Positions 25,701 through 40,889 of a stretch of 64,000 bases of DNA are shown one piece after another (position 1 is the stretch's first letter; each line of letters starts with the position of its first letter). The notes under the pieces were generated by a model that ran no database searches, had not been told where the DNA came from, and worked only from the letters and a program-made list of their open reading frames with translations. Source of the stretch: Chrysemys picta bellii. Lineage: Eukaryota. A program made the position numbers and the translations under genes. The stretch covers positions 46,066,001 to 46,130,000 of the forward strand of contig NC_088795.1 of assembly GCF_011386835.1 (NCBI RefSeq), read 5' to 3'.

Positions 25701-27083
25701 GGGAAAGTCTTACTACTAATGCAGAGTGCTTCCCTGTGGCCTCTCTCTCTGACCTTGAGGGACTTCTGCAAATGCGTGGAGGTCATGGCTTCACGTCTGA
25801 GAAGGAAAGACATTTGAGTTTATCCTTACCTCAATGACTGGCTGATCCGAGCTGGTCACCTCAACACCTGAACGACTTTATTTGAGTAGTTCTGAATCTC
25901 ATTGCTGCATCAGACCTCAGTAAATGGAATGAAGTCCACTCTCACATCTTGTTAGAGCATAAAATTCACGGGGGCAGTATGGACTCCGGTCTGCCAGAGG
26001 ACAGGTTTCTCCCCATTCTAAGCCTTGTCAACAGCTTCATTCACACCCTTAACATTAGTCAGAACATGCCTAAGACTCATGGGTCACATGGCCTCCTGCG
26101 CCTACATGACACATTTGCCACCTGTACTCTATGCAAGGGTGGTCGAGATCAGTGTACTTACTCAGCAGGTACCTAAGACATGTTGGTCAAAATCCCCCCA
26201 GGAAGTCCTTTCCTTGTTAGATTGGTCAAAGGACACTCTACATGTCTATAATGGATCCCCCATCTCCTCACCGATCCCCAGCATGACATTGGTGACAGAC
26301 ACATGTACATTGGGGAACTCAGCTGGACCACCTCCAGACCCAGTGCCTCTGGCCCCGCTCAGGAAGTGAGCCTTCATATAAACACCCTGGAGTTGAGAAC
26401 AATTTGGCTAGCATACATAAGTCTTTCTCCTGGTGTTTCGAGATGCCATAGTACAGGTGTTTACAGACATGTCCTATAGCAACAAGCAAGAAGGTGTTGG
26501 TTTGTTGCCCCTGTGCCAAAAGACAATCCACCTTTGGCAGTGGTGCATCAGCCACCATCTTACCAGTAGTCCTCCACCTTCCCAGGCTATGAAACCTCCT
26601 GGTGGACCATCTCACGGGGTGGACAATACTCTGAGCAACTATTCAATAATTGTCCAATGCTGCATTCGGCAAGACATCTTTCACAGGTGGTAATTCCCAA
26701 AATTGGGTTCTGGTTGGATGTGAACAGGTCAAGGAGTGCTGCAGGTTCTGCTCCAGAGGAGGAGCCTGTGCTGGCTCCCTGACACCCTACTGAGCCTATG
26801 GCCACCAGGGCTCTTGTATGCTTGCCTCCTACCCCTGCCGATACCCCCCACTCTTCTTCCCTATTATGGCAGAGTCCCTGCCAATTTGGATTTGGTGCTA
26901 GCAAAGGAACTGGAGAGTGGTTGCAGCCACCCCATCCTTTATGCCCTCTGCCACCACAAGGCACAGCCCTAGAGGACACTGATATCAAAAAGATTCTTAT
27001 TTGGGCCCACTCTTGCCAGAAGTGGAATACATGTGGAGAATACATCTCGAAGAATTAAGTTACTGTAGAGTAAGTAAATAGTT
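22755..27083 (+). mobile_element. Decayed DIRS-type (tyrosine-recombinase) retrotransposon
   Basis: Roughly 40-bp imperfect ITRs (22755-22793 vs 27016-27055). RT-like remnant EILLRKEVDSLLQLRAV near 25400. RNase H-like remnants HINTLELRTIWLA and VQVFTD...NKQEG...LCQKTIHLWQWC at 26370-26560. Frameshifted; the recombinase region appears deleted. Confidence 0.8.
24080..24392. mobile_element. hAT MITE nested in the DIRS relic
   Basis: TIRs CACAGGCACCAG and CTGGCACCTATG. TSD gcttagtg/gcttaatg (7 of 8). Confidence 0.8.
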
Positions 27084-29106
27084 ACTACTTTTAAGGTTTA
27101 AAAAAAAAACCAAAAACTTTAAAACAGATGTGATTTTTAATTAAAAATATATTCAGAGAAAACAGTATTTTGTTTGGACTTCAACATTCTTATGTAGCAT
27201 TGTACTAATATATGAAAAGCAGAAACTTTACTAGTCTGTACAGGTTCAGAGAAACACAAAGAACAGACAGCATAAATAGTTAAAAGTAAATTCAACTAGA
27301 TTCCCCACCCCCCAATGTTAATAATTTATGGTATTTTTATAACAGGTAAGGAAACCAGAGGTTGAAACTTTAAAACTCTACTTTCTGGGGACTATAAAAT
27401 GCATATTGTCCATTTTTGACCTTTTTGTGGGCATTAAGGCAGAGTTGTATTGACTGACTTTTTTCATACAGTGAAAAGGCATTCACAGTTTAAAGATTAT
27501 GGGCCAGATTAACCCTGGTAAAACTCCACTGGACTAAATGACTGTATTTGCCGTGGTATATTCTGCACTAATTAATATTGGTATCTAACAATCTCATCTG
27601 CATGTAATGGGAATTTTCCAACCTCAACCATACTCCTTTAGTTCTTCGTTGTATAAAATGCTCATAATTTGTGCTGCTAGTTCTTAAACTAGTGGTAGGA
27701 ATCCCCATTCTCATCCTATGAAGTCCCTGGGACAGGGTTTCATGGTTAATGCTAATTTTGGATGTTGATCTGTTGTATGGCAAGTCACTTCAGAATTTTG
27801 GCCCAATACCAACTGACTTCATAACTTCCATTCAGCCCTGTCTCTCTCCATTGAAAATAGATTAGGGGAAAACATTCAGAGCTGTTTGTTACATGTAACA
27901 TTCTGTTATTAGAAAAGGTCATCCTTTTGAGGATCAAACTCATTTTAATTTGGATGAATGGAAAAGAAAAGCATTTGCTGAAGATGTTTATTTTCTTTGT
28001 AACTCTGTAACAGGGTCACTTTTTCAGATCGTTACAAGCATTTATATAGAAAAACAGAATGACATTTCCTAAATATGTTCAAAATAAAATTCCAAAGGGT
28101 AATCTGGATGAGATGCACCAGAGATATTGTAACATTTGGGGGAATTATCTCTCAACCACTAATGCTCCCAGAAAATCAGTAGAGTCAGACAAAAGCACTT
28201 GAATGTTTTCCAGAAAGCTGTCTAGTTACATGTATCTGAAATAATGGTTTAAAATGGAAGCTATTTTATAACTAACTATAGCATTTGTTATAATTCACAT
28301 TTCTGTATAATAGGGATTTAAAAAAACGAAAACCAAACATACCAACTAGTTAAAAATACTATATTGTGGAGTAGAAATAGGTTAGATTGCAGGATATACT
28401 CGGGGGGGGGGGGGGGGGCGGGGGAAGTAAGCATATTCCATGTGTGTAATAACATATTGTAAAACTAGGGAAGTATGTGTCGCTTGATATATATTGCAAC
28501 TGCAAATGTACCTATAATTATGACTGTTGTTCTGACCCTGACATCTACTGGAATTTTCTTCCTGAGTAAAGGTTTAGGAAAAACAGAAAATAATACAAAG
28601 AGGTTGAGAGCTAGCCACTCACCAGTGTTCTCTTTTAGAGACACTGATACTTTGCATGCCAGTTGATTTATTGCCAGCTCTTACTCTTATATTATGTCCT
28701 AGCAAAGGTCATAAGCTATTGCTGGAAAAAATGTTAGCCCACTTTCCCCCTGCCAATGCAAGATCTAGTCCCTATGTAGTAGGCTTAGCTAATGTTAACT
28801 TACTTTACTAAGCTTTATTCCATGCTGGAGATGTCACTTTAGCAGTGTTCTGTAGTTGGCTTCCCTATAGGGGATCACATAAGTACCATTTTTACCATAT
28901 TTGAGATTGAATTAAAACTCTGCCCCAACACCCTTGCCTTGTGCTATGGCCCTGTCCCCGTCCCAAGTAGCAGCAATAAACTGGCCTGCCTCCTCTCCAA
29001 GCAAGACAAAGGCAGTAGCATAGGCCCTATATGTTTGTCCCTGGTCTTACTTGGCAGCAGCGGTCCCCTCTCCCTCACTCTGAAGAGGCAGGAGTGAGGC
29101 CTCAGT

Positions 29107-29368
29107 GGGTATGTGTCTACACAGCATAGAAAAACCTGTGGCTGGCCCGTGCCAGTTGACTCAGGCTCAGGCTACAGGGCTGTTTCATTGCTGTGTAGAC
29201 TTCCAGTCTTGGGGTAGAGCCCAAGCTCTGGGACTCTCCCACCCTGGATCCCAGGCTCTAGCCTGAGCCTGGAAGTCTACATAGCAATGAAACAGCCTTG
29301 CAGCCCGCGAACCTGTGTCGGCTTGCACTGGCCAGCTGCTAGTGTCTAGTTGCTGTGCAGACATATCC
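29107..29368. mobile_element. PIF/Harbinger-type MITE
   Basis: GGGTATGTGTCTACAC...GTGCAGACATATCC termini. Confidence 0.65.
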
Positions 29369-29893
29369 AGTGTTACACCCTGGGTCCTGGGCTATTTGCT
29401 GTGGTGGGCGGACCCACCGTTTCACTTTTCTTCTGAGGTAGTATTGGACAGGGTCCTGTAGAGCTATAGATCTTGCAGTTAACACCCTATTGAGGTGCAT
29501 GTAGCAGTTAACCCGTCTCAGATCTATTATTTCACATAATCTGCAGGTTCAGGTAGGTGTCACTGCATCAATTAGGCTACACTTTCAAGTATTTCTTTGC
29601 AACAGTGAGGACTAAACTTAAGTTTTCTTAAAATGAATGGTGTAATCACAGGACTCCAGGAGCTAGTATCCTAGGCCTGGGCCTATAATGTTTATGCCTT
29701 AATCTGACCTAGGCTGAAATTCAAAGTTAAGTCTTCATAAAAAAAGTTATAACATAATGTTTTAAAAACTTGGCGAAACCAAGCAGTGTAGTAAAAAAAT
29801 TCTAGCCATTCCTTTTCTGCGAAAGCCAAACTGATACAGCTCTCACTAGGCTGGTTTACCCAGAAATGAGAAGTTAATTTTTAAATTAAATAA

Positions 29894-30157
<264 letters not shown>

Positions 30158-31409
30158 TAAAATTATGTTCTCACATATTATGTATGAGTGAAGTGAAATG
30201 AAGTCTTTAGTAAGCTCTCTGTACTGGAGAAGAAAGTAGTTAGGTTTGGTGCAATGTGGATTGTAGGTTTTATTGATATTTTGGTTCAGCCCAATGTTAG
30301 TACAGCATATGTTACTGATTTGGGATCAGAATTCAGGGCATGATCTTAGGCTAACAGAGTGGCAGAAGGAACGTGGTAAGCATTTGCAGGGGCAGTATGT
30401 AGTTTTCTTCTCTCGCTAGTAGTTCCTCTCTCTGACTGAGGAGTAGCATTGAAAGATTCCAGAGGGATGCACCCAGCTGTCCTTTGGTAAAAATATTCAA
30501 GAAAGGAGTAAATATATAGGGGAGGGTGTAGAGGTGGTTGGAGATTATAGGATTCCCCTGGGAAAAAGAAGAAAGCGTACTTTGCGTATAACTAGATATG
30601 AAGCCAGTCAATATTATTAAAGAAACACTTATTATGGTAGTGCCCAAAAGCTCCAGTGAGGATTTAAGGACCCGTTGTTCTGGGTGTGACACAGACACAT
30701 ATAAGGGACAATCCTGCCCCTGAGATTATAAAATCCAAAAGGTATAAACAAAGGGCTGGGAGGGAGAAGTAACATACAAGCAAATAAAAATGGTGACTGG
30801 CATGATTCTGTAAACCAGATATTTTGGTATTTTTCATTGAGAGTAGAGGTAGTATGAGGGGAATGTCAGGACCATGGGAGTTAGTAAGGAAGAAAGGAAT
30901 GGGAAGGTGAGAAGTTGTTACAATTAGTCATCTGTCTGTCCATCAGCAGCAGACAGGTTTTTACATCATTGCAGAGATGAGTTGTAAGAAGGGATTTAAA
31001 AGGATAGAGCAATAGCTGTACAGATTTTATTATGAAGTTTTTCCCATCCTTTGGGGTGGCATGGGAGAAAACACAGGTATGTCCTATCTTAAAGAATTGT
31101 TAAAAAATTTAAACAAATACATTTTAAACAAACAAATAACCCCCCCCACAACCCCATTTAGGCTTTAATTGCATTAAAAACTGAATTTTGTTATAACTGA
31201 GCTGATTTTTATTTAAGTGAGTAGGCTTGTGGTAGACTTTTTTTAATGCTCATGTAATGTGATGATTGAAATTGTACTTTCAAAACTGCTTGTGGATTTT
31301 TGTGCTAAAATTTGATTCCAGCCTAGGAACCCATATATTAATGTTCAGCCTTCAGTGCATATAATGTATGCTGATCATATACACTTTTAACTTTCAGTTC
31401 TTTCCATAG

Positions 31410-31511
<102 letters not shown>

Positions 31512-33694
31512 TAAGGAAAAGGAAGTAACAGTTTGGTTCTGAAACTAGCTCTGTAGAGAAATCAAAGAAATCTGTATTATAAAAATTACTTTTATTACAT
31601 TTTTTTATTACAGCTACAATCCGAATACTCAATTTTGTTTTAAAATGGTTCAGACTGTGATCTCTGTTTGAAAAATATTGAGAAGTTTTAAGTTAGAATG
31701 AAAACACAGGTAGTTCATTTGATGGTTCCATCCTTGGATGAATGATTTATTTTCTAGATGAGCTTATTCTAAATTGGAGGTGGCCCTAGCAAAACATGAC
31801 GTGTTATGGTGGTTTAATTCTGAAAATGGAAATGTAATCCCATTAGAAAAGTTTTACATGTTCATTTAGTAAAATAATTAATGGAACATCTGTAACTGTA
31901 TTTTGATAACTAGTTTTGACACAGGAAAGCCAGAGAATTCTAATATGACTATGACCTGTTCTTACCTACCTCCTTTGTAAAGGGAGGGAAATTATTCATA
32001 TATAAGCAAAAGTACTAACAAACAGCCTTGACTTGGATTTACTAGTCTTTGTCAGTCTGCCACAACATCAAGTAATGTTTTGAGACTGATTTCTTCCTTT
32101 TTTAAAAATACTTGTTTTGTTTTGTTTGTGAGATACACAACTCACATCGCATGTCCAAGATGGAGAAATGCAATTCCCTTGCAAATATGAATTTTTGTAA
32201 AGGCCAGCAGTTTATCCAAGAAAATAGTTTCTCACTTCTGTATCTTCCTAAGAAACACTCCATATTTATTAACTTATTCCACTTATTATCAGAATTTAAC
32301 CATATATGTATGCACATGTTAACTTCAGTGTAGCTCATACATTGAATTTGGCCTATGTTTTCTATTTGAGAAGCCAAACAACGTAGTAGTACCCTTGAAG
32401 TCTTGTCACGCTTACACACTCAAGCAGTTGGGTGGTGGTGGTATACTAATGTTCTCACCAGGGTGTCCACTGAGCCTTGCTTTGGAGGTAGGGTGGGGAG
32501 CATCATTTTTATTGGCTTCTTGCTAGCAGAGCTAGACTTCTTGCTAGCTGAAGTCTTAAGTTTTTCAAGCTTTGCTTTGGGCATAAAAATTTACCTCAAT
32601 TTAGGAGGCCTTGGTGTCATGACATCAACAGCTGTGACCAGTCAATACATTTTTTGTTTGTTTTTTGTTTGTTTTGTTTTGTTACAGCTTACCTTCTCTG
32701 AAGACATTATTCAAAAAATGCTCAGTAGGCTTTTTACTCCGTGTTGTTGGGTATAAAGGGAGTCACTACTTAAAATTCCTGGACTAACTGATACCACATC
32801 TGAAAATGCAATTTACTAATAGTTTCCACATACTGTCATGCAGTGGTTAGATAAGTTATAGGTGCTATTAAAAATCCAAAATACATTAGGTAAGATAAAG
32901 ACAAGTTGATTTTCTTTCAAGCTCATAGCATCAAATTAAATCCATGAATAAAAGTTATTTTGAGCTTTAAGTAGTTTTCATGTGTGAAAAGCAGCACTTT
33001 GATAGACTTTGTGTGCTTTTCAAATATGGATAGTTTATGCAAAAACGTTTACACACAACTAGCTAAAGAAGCAAGTTTTATTGCAACAGGACACCCCCTT
33101 GTGGTGAAATACCAATAGCTCAACAGAAGTGGTTTGTTTGTGTAGGTTACAGCTGGCCTGAGAAAAGCTTGGTGGGGGGTAAGGGAGGGACTAACTGAAG
33201 AAACTGGGTGATTTTTGGCAGGGGTGGGTGGGAAGGAGAGAAGGGAAAACTGTTTTTCTATATTTATATAGGAACACTTGTTAGCTGTATTTTTTAAAAA
33301 AACAACTTTATAGTTCCTTTTTAATTTTCAGTTTCAGTTCCCCCCCCCCCCACTTAAGGAGAAAAGTGTGTGCTGTTTAGGGGATCTAGCCACACTTGCC
33401 TAATCTCAGGCCCCATGTCTCTATTCAGTAAAGTTTAGAATGCAGTAATGAAGTAGTAATCTCATTTGGAGTGTGACCTTTCAGCTCATAACTCCCTTTC
33501 TTCTTGGTGCTTGTGACTTTCTAAAGGTGAAAACTTTTGGATGTGTTCTTAATTTCATTCATGAAAAAATTATATTGCTAGACTAATAGCAGTTTGCCTG
33601 AGCATGTAACCAAACTGTTTTTTCAGGGTGTCGTTTGGTGGTTTAACTTGCATGAGTGTGAATATCTTGCAGTGTTATCATGTATATTAAATAG

Positions 33695-33796
<102 letters not shown>

Positions 33797-33878
33797 TAAA
33801 ACTTTAATTTCTCATTAATACTTTCAAGTTTAACAGTAATCTTTTAACTGTATTCTTGTTTAAACCTTTCCTCTTTAG

Positions 33879-35502
<1,624 letters not shown>

Positions 35503-35530
35503 ATGGCTGCAGAAAACCTAAGGACCAAAT
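35503..35530 (+). CDS. ABHD18: ABHD18 coding exon 6, 28-nt microexon (Y-GCRKPKDQ-I)
   Basis: ac|ATGGCTGCAGAAAACCTAAGGACCAAAT|gtaagt read directly. Confidence 0.94.
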
Positions 35531-35926
35531 GTAAGTATTAAGATTACTTCTCACAGCTATTTTCTGTCTTCAAGACACTGGGTTTGTTAAGAAGACCAGA
35601 AACTTAAAACATAGAAACCTTGATAATGTGTTATAAATAGCAGCAAACTTGGCTCAGCTATATCTTGTTTATGTGAAGTTGTAGACACTTTGCTTGACTG
35701 CTTTATGTGGATTTTGATGCTTAAATGCCTAGGTTCGCACTTTCCACCCAAAGTAGATGGACTTTTTTAAAAAAACCACATCAGCAAGGGTGCAACCAAG
35801 AAACAATGCATTTTACCAGTTCGTACATTGCACTTGTCCACAATCTACAACAACATATTTTTTTGTGCAATATTGAGTATCTTTGAAGAAATAGTTTTTG
35901 GGCAACATTTAAGTGTCTAAAGTTAG

Positions 35927-36038
35927 GCAACTGAATAAGTGACTTGATTTTCAAAGATGCTGGTTACCCTGAAGCTCATGCTAGTGGGAGTTGCAGCATA
36001 CCCAGTATCTTTGAAAATCAAGTCACTTATTCAGTTGC
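35927..36038. repeat. Perfect 32-bp inverted repeat (hairpin)
   Basis: GCAACTGAATAAGTGACTTGATTTTCAAAGAT at 35927-35958 and its exact reverse complement at 36007-36038. Confidence 0.92.
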
Positions 36039-36420
36039 TTAAATATGGACTTAAAAGCCTAATCTTAGGGACTAATTTATAAAACAAAACAAAAGGTTGG
36101 ACTTTGTATTTGCAAGTGCTAGAATATAAATAGGACAATAGATCCTGTATCTGAGGCAAAATAAAGGTGTTAGTTTGCCAGATGTTCCTTGCAGATGAAT
36201 AGTTATAAAAAGATTAAATGGAGGTGACTGGTTTAAAAAGACTGGTTTAATTCTGCTTGCTTAGCTATCTCCAAAAAGAAGAGGAAACTAATCTGTTTTT
36301 AAACTACAATCCTTAGAGCTTGTTGCTTTCAGTAGTGCTTCATTAACATCTGCCACAAGTTAAACATTTAATTTTCTTCTAATTTAAAAGCTAATTAAGA
36401 ATTTACCCTTTGAGAGAAGT

Positions 36421-36592
36421 ATCAGAGGGGTAGCCGTCTTAGTCTGGATCTGTAAAAAGCAACAGAGAGTCCTGTGGCACGTTTAAGACTAACAGATGTA
36501 TTGCATGCATCCGACGAAGTGGGCATTCACCCACGAAAGCTTATGCTCCAATACATCTGTTAGTCTTAAAAGTGCCACAGGATTCTCTGCTT
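36421..36592. mobile_element. Palindromic Penelope-like terminal-repeat insert with hammerhead motif; 14-bp TSD CCTTTGAGAGAAGT
   Basis: TSD at 36407-36420 and 36593-36606. Hammerhead-like motif at 36507-36546 on the plus strand. Confidence 0.85.
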
Positions 36593-38119
36593 CCTTTGAG
36601 AGAAGTGAAAGTTAAAAGCAGTACAAAAAATAGCCTTGAGTACCTTCCAAAGTAATCGTTGCTGCATTATAATTAGTTTATTGGTCTGAATAATTTAGTA
36701 AATCTTAATTTTAAAAAATCCCAATAAAGGATTTTTTGGGAAAGTGTTCTCTTTGACAGATATGTTTTGTTTTTAAAGATATCATTGTTTTGATGATAAC
36801 ATTTGGCATTTTTAAAATCACAGTAAGACACACCAGGTAGGTACAATGCTGGAATATAGTTAGTGGGTTTTCTGCTACTGGCATACTATTTACCTCAGAA
36901 AAACAAAGAAGTATAAAAATCTTTCCTCCACTATGCAAATTCTATGCACTAGTCACAGCTGTCCAACTTGATAGAATAATACTTCCATCTTGCAGATAAT
37001 GGGCAAATGCTCTGTTGTCCCAAACTCCAATTTGCACATTTCAATAGAAGGCTTCAAAGCAGTAGTAGCACTCTAAGGAATGTACTTGTAAATCATTAAA
37101 TTAGCATGACAGTCATAGTAGAGAACTGAAGTACCTTTAATAACAAAGCACTAAGCAATAGGAGGAGTGTTTAAAATATCCTAAAAATATTGGTCCACAA
37201 CAGCCATTGATATCCTTGCTTCTCCCATGGCTTACAGAACAGTTCTAATAGGCTGTACTCCTGCCTCAAAATGTATCCCAAGTATAGTGATATTTTGGCA
37301 CAAGAGGGCTATAGCCTTGTGTAACTTAGAGACATGATGTCAAAAACATGATAATATTTACAATAAACTGTTTTGTCCAAGTACAGTGCTCTAGTTGTTC
37401 TGTAAGCCATACTCCATTCACTTAAAAGTGTTCAGCACATGGAGTAATTGCACCATTGAGCCCCAATATGCAAACAACTACTAGACTTTTGGTCACTGTG
37501 AGAGTTCAAACTGAATAGCTTTCAATTTTTCTTTTTTGTTTTCTTTAAATTTGTTTAATGCATTGTAGGAGACACTACACGGATTTCTCAGTGCAGTGAC
37601 AAACTTCCCACTTTATAATTTCAGTCTTACAGTGGCACTGATTGCTCCCAAAGCTGACTTTCTGATTGCTCTTCACATGTTGTATGCAATTTTTCAGTGA
37701 TGTAAAAAGGTAAATAAGGAAAAGAGGTTGTCTCTGCCAATGACATCTTGTATACCTAGCACTGTATCACTTAGCTTTGTTTTCCTTAAAATAAAAAGGA
37801 TCGTTGTTACTTCATAGCACAGAAGATTACTGCACATGAGTTTCCAGTGCTTGCAGTACCTTAGTTATTTGAAGATATGGTGTTCCCTAATTCTACACTA
37901 GTAATTTAGAAGATGCTTATTTCTAGTCCTCATTTAAGCCTGGATCACAAAAAAATTAGAAGAAGAAGAAACAAACACACGTCCTGTGGGCCTTGAATGC
38001 AGAAAGATACTGAAGACTTTGGACTCCCTCCTTCTCTTATTGAATTCAATAGAAATTCAGTCATTGGCTTAATTGGGAGTATGACCAGGCTCCGTTTAAG
38101 AGTAAAAGTAGACTGATGA

Positions 38120-38347
<228 letters not shown>

Positions 38348-38992
38348 TAAAAATTTGTTTTATCTTTTTTTTTTTATTTCTTGGCATTATATATGTATGT
38401 TAATAACTAGGGAAACCTAACAGTTTACAGTGTTCATAGGCTGATTTTTTTAACATGAACAAGTTTAGAATAACGAGCAACATAACTTGATATTTAGGCA
38501 TGACATGCCATTATTGAGAATATGCAGATGTATTCTCACTGTATATATACCATAAAACTCTCTTACAGATGAATGTTCAGGTTGTAGCAGTGTAATTCTC
38601 AATAACTTTTATTGTCATGCTGCTTAATCTGTTAATTTAGCTATTTAAATTTTGACAGACTGTAGGGCTCAGACCCTGTGGGTGAACAGTCCTCATCCTC
38701 AAAGGAAATCTCTACAAACCTTTCAAAAGAATGAGCCTGGGAACTTAAATTCGTAATTCTGCTAGACACTAAAAATCATGGACTGAATACAATTACTGGA
38801 TTTATAGCTTATTACAAAAATCTATAACCCACTAACAATTCCCCAGCTGCTTTCTCCCTCTCCCCTTTCCTCCCTATGACTGGAGGGACGTTAATGGGCC
38901 ACTTCACCTTGAATGGTCCTTTGAAATATGTGTTAACTACTTATGCTAAACAATCTGTTCCATCTTGTGTTTAGCTGTGACACTCTGTGTAA

Positions 38993-39391
38993 GACCATGT
39001 CTACACTACAAAATTATGTTGATCTAATTTAGGTCAGCATAAAGCCACCACAGTTATTAAATCACTTCTATATGAGCACTTGTCTCCTTGTGATGGCGGT
39101 GCACATTCTCACCAGGAGCGTTTGTATTGATTGTATTGTCAATGTGGGGCATTGTGGGATGGCTCTTGGAGGCCAGTAACAGTCTACGTAAGCAATGGAG
39201 TGTCTAAACTGACATTGCCTCGATCTAATCACATTGGCTGTGACTGTCTGCCACTCAGGGAGGTGGTGTTACTAAATCAGCATAGAGAGGCACTTACATC
39301 GGTGGGAGCCAAATTTACATGAAAACACTTCCCTAGCTAGGTTGACGCAAGGCAGCTTACATTGATCTAATTGTGTAGTGTAGTCCAGGCC
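38993..39391. mobile_element. PIF/Harbinger-type MITE with TAA TSD
   Basis: taa|GACCATGTCTACACTAC...GTAGTGTAGTCCAGGCC|taa. Confidence 0.8.
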
Positions 39392-39399
39392 TAAGTTTC

Positions 39400-39490
39400 C
39401 CCATACCTGAAGAAGAGCTCTGTCTAAGCTCGACTCTCTCACCAATAGAAGTTGATCCAGTAAAAGATATTACCTCACTTACCTTGTCTC
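39400..39490 (+). mobile_element. Second-family Penelope-like terminal fragment with a broken hammerhead
   Basis: CTGAAGA-a-GAGCT...AGCTC-GA at 39407-39433, then aacagaagttggtcc-like and aaagatattacctca sequence shared with 51615-51780. Confidence 0.55.
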
Positions 39491-40601
39491 TCTGAGATTG
39501 TAAACTCTTTGGGGTAGGGACCATATTTTTATTCTGTGTCTGTATAGCACCTGGTACAGTGGGGCCCTGGTTCATGTTGAAGGCTCCCAGGCACCATCAC
39601 AGTGCAATATGTTTTTATGTAGTGTTCTTCATCCTTAGAAAGTGCTTTAAAAAGGAAGGTAAGCAGCATTATCTCTATTTTAAAGGTTGGGGAAACCGAG
39701 GACAGGGATGGAATCCATACTCTCTGGACTCCCAGACTATGGCCCTGACCACTTTACTATGTTGCTTCTTTTATTAATGAAGACGCATGTAATAGTTCTC
39801 CGTATTAAAAATGTGTGGGGTGGATAAGTACTTTTTTCTGCTATCCTCATGGTTTTGCAGTATGCCCAACAGTATTATATTAAACTACAGCTTTGCAAAA
39901 CCGTGCAACTGGTGTGGGGAAGCATTTTTCTGATCCTCCTGTGTGCTGCATCTATGCTCCAGCATTTAGTGATGAATAGAACTTACCACATAGTGCACTC
40001 TGATAATTCTGAGGTGAGAGGGAATTATCTGGACTCTAAGGGAGATGAAAATAGAAGTCCATTTACATGCTCAATTCTCGTCTTAACCTTACTGTTTGTG
40101 GCTTGCAAATTCCCTAAATGTATTTCAAAAGCTGCAGAATTTTTGATAGTCCTATTTGTGACTCACCTTCAATTTGTTTGTTTTGAAATATGTTTATAAG
40201 GTTGTTGAGAGGCCTTGAGGAGAGGGACATGTTGAAATGATAAATGAAGTTCTCATGGAAGAATCCTGATTCATTTTGCATCAGGATGAGTGTTCTATTA
40301 AAAGAAAACTCTTGTTCCTAAAGCAGAAATACTGCTACTTTCTCTGTGAACCAATTTCAAAGCTAATGTATCAAGGAGACTATTGGAGAGAATAGACTTC
40401 ATCAGTCTTTCTGGATTTTGTGGAGGAGAAGTATATAACTGCAAAGATGCTTAGCACTGATACTACACGAGACAAGCTGTTACTGTGTGAAGAAATACTT
40501 TAAAGATGAGAATTCTAAAAATGACTAAAGAGAAATTTTGTTGAAATGTCTTATTAAAATATGCAGTAGAGCATTTGATATTGAAGTTTTTTTTTATTTA
40601 A

Positions 40602-40727
<126 letters not shown>

Positions 40728-40889
40728 TAGAATATGAACAGATGTGAAATCTTGAAGGTTTGAGTTGGGCAAATTAACATTAAGGGAGAGATTTTTTTCA
40801 AAGGCACAAATGGGAGTTGGATGTCCAACTGTCCTCTGAGCCTTCAAAATCTCCCCCATAATGATGCTTCTGGATAGAGCCTAATTATA

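Noticed and set aside
23489-26972. ORFs in the DIRS region as functional genes
   Set aside because: Fragmented by stops and frameshifts; only short domain remnants remain.
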